Below are positions 17,963 to 28,188 of a stretch of DNA of 64,000 nt, piece by piece. Where the stretch lies: contig CAXXGI010000001.1 of assembly GCA_963674695.2 (NCBI GenBank), positions 736,001-800,000 of the forward strand, given 5' to 3'. Under the pieces are notes generated by a model. The model ran no database searches. It saw nothing but the letters and a program-made list of their open reading frames with translations, and had not been told where the DNA came from. Every line of letters begins with the position of its first letter. Position 1 is the first letter of the stretch. Source of the DNA: a bacterium. GTDB taxonomy: Bacteria > UBA10199 > 2-02-FULL-44-16 > JAAZCA01. Made by a program: the position numbers and the translations under genes.

Positions 17963-18116
17963 GGGTGGGCCTCCCAAAATCGGGCACTTGGCCGAATGCG
18001 GTGCTTCGTTTTGCGGCAGTGCTGCATCATTTTGCGGCAGTGGCGTTCGGGGCACCCTCGAAAATAGGCATGACGGTTGAGACAGAAGAGGGGGCGGGAG
18101 AGTTTTGTCATCCCCT

Positions 18117-18941
18117 TCACAATCGGGCGCCGCAGAACTTACAGTGCGCGGCATCAGCATCGTGCCCCTCGGAGGAACAGCGCGGACAGGCCTGGGTGCT
18201 GATCGCATGCCCTTTGCGCGATTCACTCATGATCTGTCCGGTGATGATTCCGCTGGGCACGGCGATGATCGAATAGCCGAGCAACATGACGACCGAGGCG
18301 AACGCGCGACCGAGCCCCGTCTGTGGGCTGATGTCGCCATAGCCCACCGTCGTGAGCGTAACGATCGCCCAGTAGATGCTGCGCGGAATATTGTTAAAAC
18401 CGCTGGCGGGCCCTTCGATCAGGTACATCATCGATCCCATGATCACCACGAGCGTCATGACCGCGAAGAAGAAGATGAAAATCTTGCGCCGAGAAGCGTA
18501 GAGCGCGCGACGGAGCACAGAGGTCTCGCGCATCATCTCGCCGAGCTTCAAGATTCGGAAGATGCGCAGCGTGCGCAACACGCGCACGACCAGCAGATAC
18601 TGCGTGCCCGGAATGATGAGGCTGACATAGGTGGGAAGCACCGCCAGCAGATCGACGACGCCAAAGAAACTCGTCGCGTATTTTCTCGGACGCCCTACAC
18701 AGGACAGGCGCGTGATATATTCGACCGTAAAGAGAATCGTGAAGAACCACTCGGCCGCGCGCAGAAAAACACCAAACCGCACATGAATCGAAGCAACGCT
18801 GTCGAGCATCACGACGAGCACACTCAGAAAGATAGCGGCGATGAGCGCCAGATCGAAGAACTTCCCCGCGGGCGTGTCGGCCTCGAAGATGACCTCAAAG
18901 GCCTTGGCGCGCCAACCGGTGTGTTTTGGTGCCGTAAGCAT
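18117..18941 (-). CDS. Voltage-gated potassium channel / ion transporter
   Basis: TTVGYGD selectivity filter; S4 segment RVLRTLRIFRILK. Confidence 0.93.
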   Translation of the reverse strand: MLTAPKHTGWRAKAFEVIFEADTPAGKFFDLALIAAIFLSVLVVMLDSVASIHVRFGVFLRAAEWFFTILFTVEYITRLSCVGRPRKYATSFFGVVDLLAVLPTYVSLIIPGTQYLLVVRVLRTLRIFRILKLGEMMRETSVLRRALYASRRKIFIFFFAVMTLVVIMGSMMYLIEGPASGFNNIPRSIYWAIVTLTTVGYGDISPQTGLGRAFASVVMLLGYSIIAVPSGIITGQIMSESRKGHAISTQACPRCSSEGHDADAAHCKFCGARL

Positions 18942-19042
18942 AGGACGTCCTCCCGCATCATTCTATAGCAGGTTCATCCTCCCATCGCCAGAGCGACCAT
19001 CAACACCGCAGACCCAGCCCGCTAAAATGCCGAGCAATCGTG

Positions 19043-19190
19043 AGCCCTCGGTTGGGCGGGTATTTTACGGGGACCGCCGTCTCGGCTCACACGCCGCCTC
19101 GACGGCTTTTTCTTCTTCCATCGCAGTATTATAGGCTTCGATCGCGATGGAAGAAGAGATCCCCTACAAATACCCGCCCAACCGAGGGCT
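19043..19190. repeat. 148-bp palindromic element with perfect 23-bp terminal inverted repeats
   Basis: AGCCCTCGGTTGGGCGGGTATTT ... AAATACCCGCCCAACCGAGGGCT; the 47-bp core recurs at 59689-59735. Confidence 0.8.
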
Positions 19191-19320
19191 TCAAGAGATC
19201 GATTTATAATTCCTCCAGGAAGGATATCGATCGCGATGCGGCATGAAAATGCCCCGTCGTCTCATGATCTTGAATGGTACGGCTACAACGAAACCAACGG
19301 TTGCACACGAACTGCCCTCC

Positions 19321-19527
19321 TGCCTGCCACGACCTCATTCCCGGAGGAGCCTAAAAGCGCGTTTGCGAGACCGACCGTATGAGTCGCGAAAAGAGCGACT
19401 GGGTTCGCGAGTTGCGAGCTGACGGAGGAAGATCCGCAACTCGTGTCGTTGAACCCAGCGCTCTTTTTGCGGCGAGTAGGGAGGCGAGCGCGCTCGAGCG
19501 ACGGAGGGAAGGAGGGCGTGGCAGGCA
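19321..19527. repeat. Long nested imperfect hairpin upstream of uup
   Basis: Pairs TGCCTGCCACG/CGTGGCAGGCA, AAAAGAGCG..CTGGGTTC/GAACCCAG..CGCTCTTTT and CGAGTTGCG/CGCAACTCG. Confidence 0.65.
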
Positions 19528-19596
19528 ACCTCGGCTGGCAGCCGCAGCTGTAAGGGCGATTGCATGGGGGGGGGATATCGGATAGAGAGTCGGGCC

Positions 19597-21480
19597 ATGG
19601 CGCTTATCAGCATCAGCGATCTGACCGTCCGCTTCGACGATCCGCCGCTGCTCGACGGTATTCGGCTCACCATCGAGCGCGCTGAACGCGTCTGTCTGAT
19701 CGGGCGCAACGGCACGGGCAAATCGACGCTCCTCAAAATCATCGCGGGTGAGGGAGAGGCGGACGCGGGCGAGGTGGCACGCGAGCGCGGGATCGTGGTC
19801 GCGTATCTCCCCCAGGAGGTCCCCGAGAATGTGAGCGGCAGCGTCTTCGATGTGATCGCCCAAGGGCTCGCGAACCAAGGGCGACTGCTCGCCGAATATC
19901 ACCATGCCAGTGCCGCACTCGCCGTTGACGCCAACGCCGAGGCACTTGCGCGCCTCGATGAGGTCCAGCACGAACTCGAGGCCGCCGGCGCCTGGCAGAT
20001 GCATGCCCAGGTGGAGCGCGTCATCACGCACATGGGCCTCGACGCCGATGCGGAGTGCGCCGCTCTCTCCGCGGGGATGAAGCGCCGCGTCCTCATGGCG
20101 CGCGCGCTCGTCGCAAAGCCGGACCTCCTGCTGCTGGATGAGCCGACCAACCACCTCGACATCGACACCATCGCCTGGCTCGAAGAACACCTCTTGAGTA
20201 CAAACATCACGCTCCTGTTTGTCACACACGATCGGATGTTCCTGCGAAAACTGGCCACGCGCATCGTGGAGATCGATCGCGGAAAGACCGCGAGTTTTGC
20301 CTGCGACTACGACACCTACCTCGATCGCAAGGAAAGCCTCCTGGAAGCGGAGACGAAGCAGCGCGCGCAGTTCGAGAAGAAACTCGCCCAGGAGGAGACC
20401 TGGCTGCGCCAGGGAGTCAAGGCGCGGCGCACACGCAACGAGGGGCGCGTCAAAACGCTGGTGCGCATGCGCGAGTTCAAGCGCTCGCTCCGACAACGTT
20501 TCGGCAGCGTGCACCTGCAAGCGCAGGAGGCCCAGCGCACGGGAAAGCTCGTCATCGAAATGGAGGACGCCCGTTTCGGCTACACGGACACGCCCATCGT
20601 ACGCGATTTTTCCACGACGATCCTGCGCGGCGACAAGGTGGGCATCATCGGTCCGAACGGATCGGGCAAGACGACGCTCCTGCGCCTCCTGCTGGGGGAA
20701 CTCCCGTTACAATCGGGGTCGCTGCGCTACGGCACACACCTGAAGAAGGCCTATTTCGACCAGCTGCGCGCCAAGCTCGACGAGGAGCGAAGCGTGGCGG
20801 ACAATATCGCCGATGGAAACCCCTTGCTCACCATCGATGGAAGGCAGCGCCACGTCATCGGCTATCTGCAGGACTTTCTCTTCGCCCCCGAACGGGCGCG
20901 TTCGCCGGTCTCAACCCTCTCCGGGGGCGAGCGCAATCGGCTGCTCCTGGCCAAGCTCTTCACGCTGCCGTCGAACCTGCTCGTACTGGATGAACCGACC
21001 AACGACCTCGACGCGGAGACGCTCGATCTGCTCGAGGAGATGCTCGTGAACTACGGCGGCACGGTGCTGCTCGTGAGCCACGATCGCTCCTTCCTCAACA
21101 ATGTGGTCACGAGCACCATCGTCTTAGAGGGCGGCGGTCGCGTGCAGGAGTATGTGGGCGGCTATGACGACTGGCTGCGCCAGCGCAAGAAAGAGACTCC
21201 GCCAGAGGGCGACAAACCGAAGACGGATCGCGCAGAGAAAGAGCTCACACCCTCAAAAAAACTCACCTTCAAGGAAAAGCGCGAACTTGCGGAACTGCCC
21301 GCACGGATCGAGGCGCTCGAAACGGAAAAACAGGAACGCTTCAAGATGCTCTCGGATCCCCAGGTCTATTCGCGCGCCGGAGGTGTAAGCGAGACGCAGG
21401 CGCGCATCGATGCAATTGAAGCGGAACTTGCTCGTGCCTATGAACAGTGGGCAGAGCTGGAAGGACGTGTGGAAGGATGA
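19597..21480 (+). CDS. uup: ABC-F family ATPase Uup
   Basis: Two ABC cassettes (GRNGTGKS, GPNGSGKT, DEPTN twice), linker KARRTRNEGR, C-terminal KLTFKEKREL. Confidence 0.9.
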   Translation: MALISISDLTVRFDDPPLLDGIRLTIERAERVCLIGRNGTGKSTLLKIIAGEGEADAGEVARERGIVVAYLPQEVPENVSGSVFDVIAQGLANQGRLLAEYHHASAALAVDANAEALARLDEVQHELEAAGAWQMHAQVERVITHMGLDADAECAALSAGMKRRVLMARALVAKPDLLLLDEPTNHLDIDTIAWLEEHLLSTNITLLFVTHDRMFLRKLATRIVEIDRGKTASFACDYDTYLDRKESLLEAETKQRAQFEKKLAQEETWLRQGVKARRTRNEGRVKTLVRMREFKRSLRQRFGSVHLQAQEAQRTGKLVIEMEDARFGYTDTPIVRDFSTTILRGDKVGIIGPNGSGKTTLLRLLLGELPLQSGSLRYGTHLKKAYFDQLRAKLDEERSVADNIADGNPLLTIDGRQRHVIGYLQDFLFAPERARSPVSTLSGGERNRLLLAKLFTLPSNLLVLDEPTNDLDAETLDLLEEMLVNYGGTVLLVSHDRSFLNNVVTSTIVLEGGGRVQEYVGGYDDWLRQRKKETPPEGDKPKTDRAEKELTPSKKLTFKEKRELAELPARIEALETEKQERFKMLSDPQVYSRAGGVSETQARIDAIEAELARAYEQWAELEGRVEG

Positions 21481-21488
21481 CAACGACC

Positions 21489-21651
21489 GTCATTCCCGCG
21501 TGGAGGTGTCATTCCCGCGAAGGCGGGAATCTCGCTTGTTACGACACATCGAGATTCCCGCCTTCGCGGGAATGACACAAACGAGGAATCTCGAAGTGCC
21601 TGAATAATCGAGATTCCCGCCTTCGCGGGAATGACACAAACGAGGAATCTC
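21489..21651. repeat. REP cluster (GTCATTCCCGCGAAGGCGGGAATC family)
   Basis: One forward copy, two inverted copies and one partial; a 45-bp block is duplicated at 21548 and 21607. Confidence 0.85.
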
Positions 21652-21685
21652 ATGAGATCCGATGACAGCATAAAGGGGGTTGCGA

Positions 21686-22450
21686 ATGAAGATACTCGTT
21701 CTGATGGGGAGCCCGCGGCATGGGGATGGATATAAACTCTGCCGGGCCATCGAGGCGAAACTGCAGACCTTGGGAGAGGCGAAGGTGACCTATCGCTTTC
21801 TCAAGGAGGCCCACATTGAATACTGTCGCGGCTGCATGCTCTGCGTGCACAAGGGGGAGGAGCACTGCCCCATCAAGGACGATGTCGCAACCATCTGGCA
21901 GGAGATGGCGGAGGCCGACGGCGTCATCTTCGATTCGCCCGTCTACGCCCACGGCATCACGGGGCTCCTCAAGAACTTCATCGACCGCTCCTGCTTTCTC
22001 TTTCACCGCCCGCGTTTCTTCGACAAGGCCGCCCTCACCGTGACCACCACCGCCTTCAGCGGCCTGAAGGAGACGACCGACTATCTCCAGCTCACCGCGC
22101 GCGCGTGGGGGTTCAACCTCGTCGGATCGCTCGAAGCGTTGATGGTCCCCTATGAACAGAACCCACGCTACAAGGCGCGCGTGCACGACGAGCTTGATGC
22201 GCTCGCAACGAAATTTTACGCGGCGATGGAAACAAAGACACGCCCCGCCCCCTCGATCTTCGACCTCGTCTTCTTCGGCTCGATGAAGATGAAAGCGGCG
22301 AGAATCCCGCACGATCGGGAGTATTGGACGAAGATGGGTTGGATGGATCGCGACTATTTCCTGGATGTGCCCATCCCCTGGTTCAACCGGTTGATCGCCC
22401 GCCGCTATCTGCGAAAGGCGGAGAAAGAGGCGAAGCGGTATTTTTCGTGA
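21686..22450 (+). CDS. Flavodoxin family / NADPH-dependent FMN reductase (iron-sulfur flavoprotein-like)
   Basis: GSPR, CRGCMLC..C, SPVY and LKNFIDR motifs. Confidence 0.9.
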   Translation: MKILVLMGSPRHGDGYKLCRAIEAKLQTLGEAKVTYRFLKEAHIEYCRGCMLCVHKGEEHCPIKDDVATIWQEMAEADGVIFDSPVYAHGITGLLKNFIDRSCFLFHRPRFFDKAALTVTTTAFSGLKETTDYLQLTARAWGFNLVGSLEALMVPYEQNPRYKARVHDELDALATKFYAAMETKTRPAPSIFDLVFFGSMKMKAARIPHDREYWTKMGWMDRDYFLDVPIPWFNRLIARRYLRKAEKEAKRYFS

Positions 22451-22528
22451 GACCCCACGACGTCACTTCTTTCTTGTTTCCCATTCACATCTGACGGCAA
22501 CTCTGCCCCTCTTCGCAACCGATAATGG

Positions 22529-24493
22529 GTGTGGAGGTGTCCACCGGTGCCGATCTTCGAGCTGCCCGCAAAAACCGTCTTTTTGAAGCGCTATGAACTC
22601 GAGCGCTTTGTGAACCACGCCGCGACAGCCGAGGAAGAGGCCCACACGACCGTCATTCTCTACGACTTGCAAGATGATGAACGCCAGATTGTCCTCAATA
22701 TCGATGATGACGGCATTACACTCAAGGATTCCAACGAGGAGAATCCCCTTCCCCCCGAAGATATTGAACGCCTCACGCATACAATGAGCGCCTTCGTCCC
22801 GATGACAAAGGCGATCGCGCGCCACCAGATCGCCGCTACAGGGGAGCTCGCCTTTCAAACGACATTTCCCTTCATTCGAAACGAAGGCATCACGTTCGAT
22901 ACGCTGATGCGGGCGAACGATACGGTGACAGAGGACCCCTTCCTTGCAATTCGCTATGATGAGGATGGAGATGGTGTTCGAGAAATTGCCTTGATCGAAG
23001 CGTCTTCACAAATCACCTTCAATTTTCTTGCGAGCAACGGCACGCTCCGCTTGAAATCGTTACAACTGGAAACAGGGGAGGATGCCGTCTATGAGGATAA
23101 CAGCCCCGCCCTCCTGCAACAATTTGCATCGATCACCACCTATCTCCAGCCGGCAATAGAGAGCTACACCAAAAGAAACAGCGACTGCAGCGACTGCGCA
23201 TGGGGTCGCCATTTTGATCCAGCATACCCCCTCTTCCTTCGATCACTCTCACCTTCAAACCCAGGAGACGGTGCAGACGATCAGTCGGATCATCGCGGGC
23301 ACATTCCCCTCGCGATGGATTTCGATTCCACTTGGCACGTATGGGACTATCTCCGAAGGGGCAAAGAGCTCTCAACATTGGATGAGACCTATAGCATGAT
23401 CGACGACGAGAAGAATGCCTTGGAATCGATCGGCACGACGCTCTTTGCCGTCAAACATGACGGGGATGAAGGCTCATACTACAGTATCGTCCACACGCTC
23501 TTTGGATACAGCCATTTTCGAAAAATCCTCGACGAGACATTGCGAAAGATATCGAACGCCTCCTGCGCGAACATGAGCTATGCCGAGATCGATCAAAGGC
23601 TCTTCGCAGAAGACGGAGCCCTGTACTTCGACACATCCTCCTACATCGATGAGGACGCCGTCGAGGAAGACGCCATCATCGCCATCCCGCATGAGCCGCT
23701 GATCCAGCAACTCGGCGAAACCTACCCGGAGCGCACGATTCGGCTCGGGGCATACACGCTCTTCGACCTGGACGGAGATGGACACATCCGGTTCGACCGC
23801 GACCTCCTCACCACCGAAAACGATCAGATCTTCACCAAAATTCCCTGGGGGCTGCGCCGGCTTTTGCCCAAGAGCCTGCCGTCGGAAGCGTTCGAACGGG
23901 GGGTGCCGCTCAAGACGATGCGCGACATCCAGCGCCCGCTGGTCCTCCGGGAGACGACCCGGATGCAGGCTCAAGACCCGCTGGCCGATGACGGCAAATA
24001 TCGCATCTTCGTCTACCTCAACAATACAAACGACATTCCGCCGGACAGCGCGCTCATCAAGGGGTTCATCTCCCTCTACAACTTCGATGAGTTCTATGCC
24101 TTTCCGTCATCGAGAGATGAATTGCTCAATCCTGTCCTGGAACATATTGCCGACCGCAATATCCCCGTCGACCTGCTCTACATCGGCACACACGGCTTCA
24201 CACCCGAACTCGACCTGAAGGACAAACCGCTCGACATCGACACGGTCGTCTTCACCGGCTGTGAGAGAGGACTGAAGGACATCCAGGCCATCGGCGCGCA
24301 GCTCTTCGCGCACTCGAGCGGATCGATCCTCTGGGGAGATGGCATCAACATGCCGCTGCCCATCCCGGGGGTCGACCTCGTCTCCGCCGGCACGATTCAT
24401 CGTTCCCGCTTTCACAATGGCCTCTCCGTTGGTGAAGACGCATTCTCGCCGCAACTCAAACGAAAGCGCAGCGTGTTCGTCGATCTCAAATAA
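22529..24493 (+). CDS. Large hypothetical protein, possible C-terminal caspase-hemoglobinase-like domain (start uncertain)
   Basis: 654-aa ORF; DxDGDG loops; LYIGTHG and VVFTGC motifs. Confidence 0.6.
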   Translation: MWRCPPVPIFELPAKTVFLKRYELERFVNHAATAEEEAHTTVILYDLQDDERQIVLNIDDDGITLKDSNEENPLPPEDIERLTHTMSAFVPMTKAIARHQIAATGELAFQTTFPFIRNEGITFDTLMRANDTVTEDPFLAIRYDEDGDGVREIALIEASSQITFNFLASNGTLRLKSLQLETGEDAVYEDNSPALLQQFASITTYLQPAIESYTKRNSDCSDCAWGRHFDPAYPLFLRSLSPSNPGDGADDQSDHRGHIPLAMDFDSTWHVWDYLRRGKELSTLDETYSMIDDEKNALESIGTTLFAVKHDGDEGSYYSIVHTLFGYSHFRKILDETLRKISNASCANMSYAEIDQRLFAEDGALYFDTSSYIDEDAVEEDAIIAIPHEPLIQQLGETYPERTIRLGAYTLFDLDGDGHIRFDRDLLTTENDQIFTKIPWGLRRLLPKSLPSEAFERGVPLKTMRDIQRPLVLRETTRMQAQDPLADDGKYRIFVYLNNTNDIPPDSALIKGFISLYNFDEFYAFPSSRDELLNPVLEHIADRNIPVDLLYIGTHGFTPELDLKDKPLDIDTVVFTGCERGLKDIQAIGAQLFAHSSGSILWGDGINMPLPIPGVDLVSAGTIHRSRFHNGLSVGEDAFSPQLKRKRSVFVDLK

Positions 24494-24557
24494 CCCTCCC
24501 CCTTGCAATGCGGCGGTCGATGCCGGATAATCGCGCCCTCGCACACCGAGGGAGGCC

Positions 24558-25574
24558 GTGATGAACCCCTATCGTCTGATCGAACAGTCCCGCAGCCACA
24601 GAACCATCGTCTTTCTCATCGGCTTGGGGTTGCTCGCGCTGATCGCGCTGGCCGACCTCTACGTCCATCATGCCATCTCGTTTGCACCGTTCTATATCCT
24701 GCCGGTCCTCGCGGTCGGATTCTTGATCGGGCGAATGAGCGGCGTCTATATGGCCGTGCTCTCCGCTGTGGGCTGGCTCATCATCGACATCTATACGGAG
24801 CCCGCATTTTCCGGCTATGGCGTGCATTTCTGGAATACCGTCGCGCGCATCCTCTTCTTCAGCTTCGTCGCCTTCGGCGTCCGCTCGCTCGCGATAGCCC
24901 AAATGCGACAGCGGGAACTGGCCGGCTTCATCGTACACGATTTGAAGGCACCGCTGGCCAACATCCTCTTCGGCATGGAGACGATAAAGACCCGCGGATA
25001 CGCGCCACCGGAAACGGTGGAGAAGACCGCCCGCATCACGACCATATCGGCCAAGCGCATGCTGGGACTCGTGGAATCGATCGTCGACCTCATCAAGATC
25101 GAGGAGAACACCTATCAGCGATTACGCGAAGGCGTCTCTCCGGCAGTGATCGTCGAACAATCGGTGGAACTCGTCTCGGCATGGGCTGAGCGCAGAAAAG
25201 TGCGACTCGACATTCGTCAGGATTCCCAACGAACGCAGATCATCACCGACCCGCAGCTCGTCATCCGCATTATCGTGAACCTCCTGTCGAACGCCCTCAA
25301 GGCCAGCCCCGAGGGATCGACCATCACCGTGCGCATCGCCGATGCCGAGAAGGGATGGCTGCACCTGAGCGTGGCCGACCAGGGGCCAGGCATGGAGGCG
25401 ACGAAACAACAACCGCTGTATTCACGGATATTCAACCTGGATGACACGCCCGCGGGCAGCGGGCTCGGACTCACCTTCTGCCGCAGGGCTGCCGAAGCAC
25501 TGGGCGGACATCTCGTCATCGAGAATCGACCGGAAAAGGGAATGCTCATCGTCGTCCAACTCCCCACGGAGTAA
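24558..25574 (+). CDS. Membrane sensor histidine kinase
   Basis: HDLKAPL H-box, NLLSNA N-box, DQGPG and GSGLGL; N-terminal TM helices. Confidence 0.92.
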   Translation: MMNPYRLIEQSRSHRTIVFLIGLGLLALIALADLYVHHAISFAPFYILPVLAVGFLIGRMSGVYMAVLSAVGWLIIDIYTEPAFSGYGVHFWNTVARILFFSFVAFGVRSLAIAQMRQRELAGFIVHDLKAPLANILFGMETIKTRGYAPPETVEKTARITTISAKRMLGLVESIVDLIKIEENTYQRLREGVSPAVIVEQSVELVSAWAERRKVRLDIRQDSQRTQIITDPQLVIRIIVNLLSNALKASPEGSTITVRIADAEKGWLHLSVADQGPGMEATKQQPLYSRIFNLDDTPAGSGLGLTFCRRAAEALGGHLVIENRPEKGMLIVVQLPTE

Positions 25575-25578
25575 ACAC

Positions 25579-27495
25579 ATGCGATATCTTCCGATTTTCT
25601 TCTGCGCCCTCCTGCTCATAGGCTGCGCCAAGACGCCGACCGCCCATCACCGCCAACACGGCGATGCCGATATCATCCCGATCGAGGATTTTTTCCGCAA
25701 CCCGACCGCCAAGCAATTTCGCATCTCGCCCGATGGAAGTCAGATCGCTTTTCTCGCGCCATACCGCAGCCGCATGAACATCTTCGTCCAACCCGCCGAA
25801 GGAGAGAGCAAAGCCCGCCGCTTGACCGACGTGCGCGATCGCGACATCTCCGGCTTCCTCTGGAAGGGAAATGGAACCATCGTCTATGGGCGCGACCGCG
25901 GCGGCGACGAAAACACGCACCTGTATGCAGTCAACAGCATCACCGGAAAGACGCGACCACTCACTCCCTTTGCCGAAACGAAGGTGCGCGTCATCGATGA
26001 CCTTCGCACATCCAGCGCCACCGACATCCTCATCGAGATGAACCGTCGCGACCGCCGCCTCTTCGATGTCTATCGACTGAATGTCGCCGACGGCACCCTC
26101 ACCCTTGTAGCGGAGAATACGCACAACTGGACGAACTATGTCGCCGACCACCAGGGACGCCTGCGCATAGCGGAGGCGACCGACGGACTCACGACAACCT
26201 ATTATTATCGACCGGATGACGCCCACCCCTTCGCCGAAATCTTTTCCGTCGATTTTCGCACGACGATCGATCCGATCCTCTTCACACCGGATGATCGATA
26301 TGCCTATGCGCGCTCCAACCGACACCGCGATAAAGAGGCGCTCGTGGTCATGGACATGAGCACGGGGAAGGAAAGGAAGATCCTCTTTCGTCACCCTGAG
26401 GTCGATGTCGGCGGTATCGGCTATTCGCGCAAACGCAAACGGCTCACGCATGTCTCCTACACCACCTGGAAGGAGAAGCGTCACGTCTTCGATACGAGGA
26501 TGCGCGCACTCTTTGCGCGACTGCAGGCCCATCGCCCCGAAATGGAAGTCGACATCAGCTCTTGGAACGACGACGAGGATCGCATGGTCGTCGTCTATTC
26601 GAGCGATCGCGTCCCGGCCGAATATGTCCTCTACGATGCACAGACGGATCGTTTTACAAAACTCGCCACAGCGCTGCCCTGGCTCGACGCCGAAAAGTTG
26701 GCACCGATGAAACCCATTGCGTATCGCAGCCGCGATGGACTTCTCATCCACGGCTACCTCACACTGCCACGCGGTCGCGAGGCAAAGAACCTCCCGGTGG
26801 TGGTCAACCCGCACGGCGGACCCTGGGCACGCGATGTCTGGGGATATGATGGATCGACGCAGTTTTTGGCCAATCGCGGTTATGCGGTTTTGCAGATGAA
26901 CTTTCGCGGCTCCACCGGATATGGGCGTCGCTTCTGGGAGGCCTCGTTCAAAGAGTGGGGCCTGAAGATGCAGAACGACATCACCGATGGCGTGCACTGG
27001 CTCATCGACGAGGGGATCGCCGATTCCAAACGCATCGGCATCTACGGCGCGAGCTACGGGGGATATGCCACCCTTGCGGGGCTCACCTTCACCCCGGATC
27101 TCTATGCCTGCGGCGTCGATTACGTCGGGGTCTCCAACATCTTCACGCTCCTGGCGAGCATCCCCCCCTATTGGGAGCCGGCGCGCAAGCGCTTCTATGC
27201 GATGATCGGAAACCCGATCACGGATGACAAACTCTTGCGCGCGATATCACCCGTCTTCCACGCCGAAAACATCCGCGCACCGCTGTTCGTCGCACAGGGG
27301 GCCAACGATCCGCGTGTGAAGAAGCAGGAGTCCGACCAGATCGTCGCCGCGCTGCGCCACCACGATATTCCCGTGGAGTATCTGGTCAAGCGCAACGAGG
27401 GACACGGCTTTCACAATGAAGAGAATCGGCTGGAGTTCTTCAGCAGGATGGAACGGTTTCTCGAGCGGTATCTGAGCCCTACTCCTCAACAATGA
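25579..27495 (+). CDS. S9 family (prolyl oligopeptidase/acylaminoacyl peptidase) lipoprotein
   Basis: HGGP, GASYGG nucleophile, DPRV, EGHG; LLIGC lipobox. Confidence 0.93.
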   Translation: MRYLPIFFCALLLIGCAKTPTAHHRQHGDADIIPIEDFFRNPTAKQFRISPDGSQIAFLAPYRSRMNIFVQPAEGESKARRLTDVRDRDISGFLWKGNGTIVYGRDRGGDENTHLYAVNSITGKTRPLTPFAETKVRVIDDLRTSSATDILIEMNRRDRRLFDVYRLNVADGTLTLVAENTHNWTNYVADHQGRLRIAEATDGLTTTYYYRPDDAHPFAEIFSVDFRTTIDPILFTPDDRYAYARSNRHRDKEALVVMDMSTGKERKILFRHPEVDVGGIGYSRKRKRLTHVSYTTWKEKRHVFDTRMRALFARLQAHRPEMEVDISSWNDDEDRMVVVYSSDRVPAEYVLYDAQTDRFTKLATALPWLDAEKLAPMKPIAYRSRDGLLIHGYLTLPRGREAKNLPVVVNPHGGPWARDVWGYDGSTQFLANRGYAVLQMNFRGSTGYGRRFWEASFKEWGLKMQNDITDGVHWLIDEGIADSKRIGIYGASYGGYATLAGLTFTPDLYACGVDYVGVSNIFTLLASIPPYWEPARKRFYAMIGNPITDDKLLRAISPVFHAENIRAPLFVAQGANDPRVKKQESDQIVAALRHHDIPVEYLVKRNEGHGFHNEENRLEFFSRMERFLERYLSPTPQQ

Positions 27496-28066
27496 TGAAG
27501 CGACAGGAATCGTCGCCGCGGGTGCGGCACTCGTGCTCCATGTCGTGCGCTACCGTCACGATCTGGGTGCTTCTCGATTTGTAGCGCTCGGCGACCGCCG
27601 AGACGAGCCCCTTGTCGAAGGCACACGGATAGGGGTTCTCGCAGATCACCCAGAGATGATTGTGATCGATTCGTTCGGCGCGGTAGTGACCGATCCCCTC
27701 GAACATCGTCTCCGTCTGTTCGTCGTAGAGCACCTGCCCCCGCAAGCGGTGATTGAGATGATAGGCGATATCGATGGAGATCAGCCCGCGCTCGATCGAT
27801 TGGATCCCCTCAACCCAACGCGCGTTATCCGGAACATGTTGTCCGACGGAGAAGAGGGCATTGACCCCAATCTGGTCGGCGATCTCGCGAAAGGCGTTGA
27901 AAAAGGCCTGCTGTGAAAACCACTGCCCGGGCTGCGGATCGACGATACCGTGTCGGGCCAGGATGCCCAACGCATCCGGGTGAAAGGCCTCCAACCCATG
28001 GACGAAGGAGAATATGGCCTCACCGCTGACCTCGACCCCCTCTGTGAAGACCTTGAATTCTGCCAT
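27479..28066 (-). CDS. V4R/HNOB-like ligand-binding hypothetical protein
   Basis: NPYPCAFDKG and H...CRTRGDDSC C-terminal pattern. Confidence 0.65.
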   Translation of the reverse strand: MAEFKVFTEGVEVSGEAIFSFVHGLEAFHPDALGILARHGIVDPQPGQWFSQQAFFNAFREIADQIGVNALFSVGQHVPDNARWVEGIQSIERGLISIDIAYHLNHRLRGQVLYDEQTETMFEGIGHYRAERIDHNHLWVICENPYPCAFDKGLVSAVAERYKSRSTQIVTVAHDMEHECRTRGDDSCRFIIVEE

Positions 28067-28188
28067 GGGATCACCCTCTTTCCCATCGCATCGCCCCGCG
28101 GGGCAAATACAACCCGCCACGGGTGCAGATATACCCCTTCATGTCCCCTGCACATAAAAGGCAATCCCATCCCCGTTTCACCACTTTC

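Noticed and set aside
21548-21651. 45-bp direct repeat with a short spacer resembling a mini-CRISPR
   Set aside because: Only two units, a 14-bp spacer, the unit is a REP palindrome also present inverted and at 37.6 kb, and there are no cas genes.
25441-25578. Extended N-terminus of the S9 peptidase ORF call
   Set aside because: It overlaps the histidine kinase; the lipoprotein signal starts at ATG 25579.
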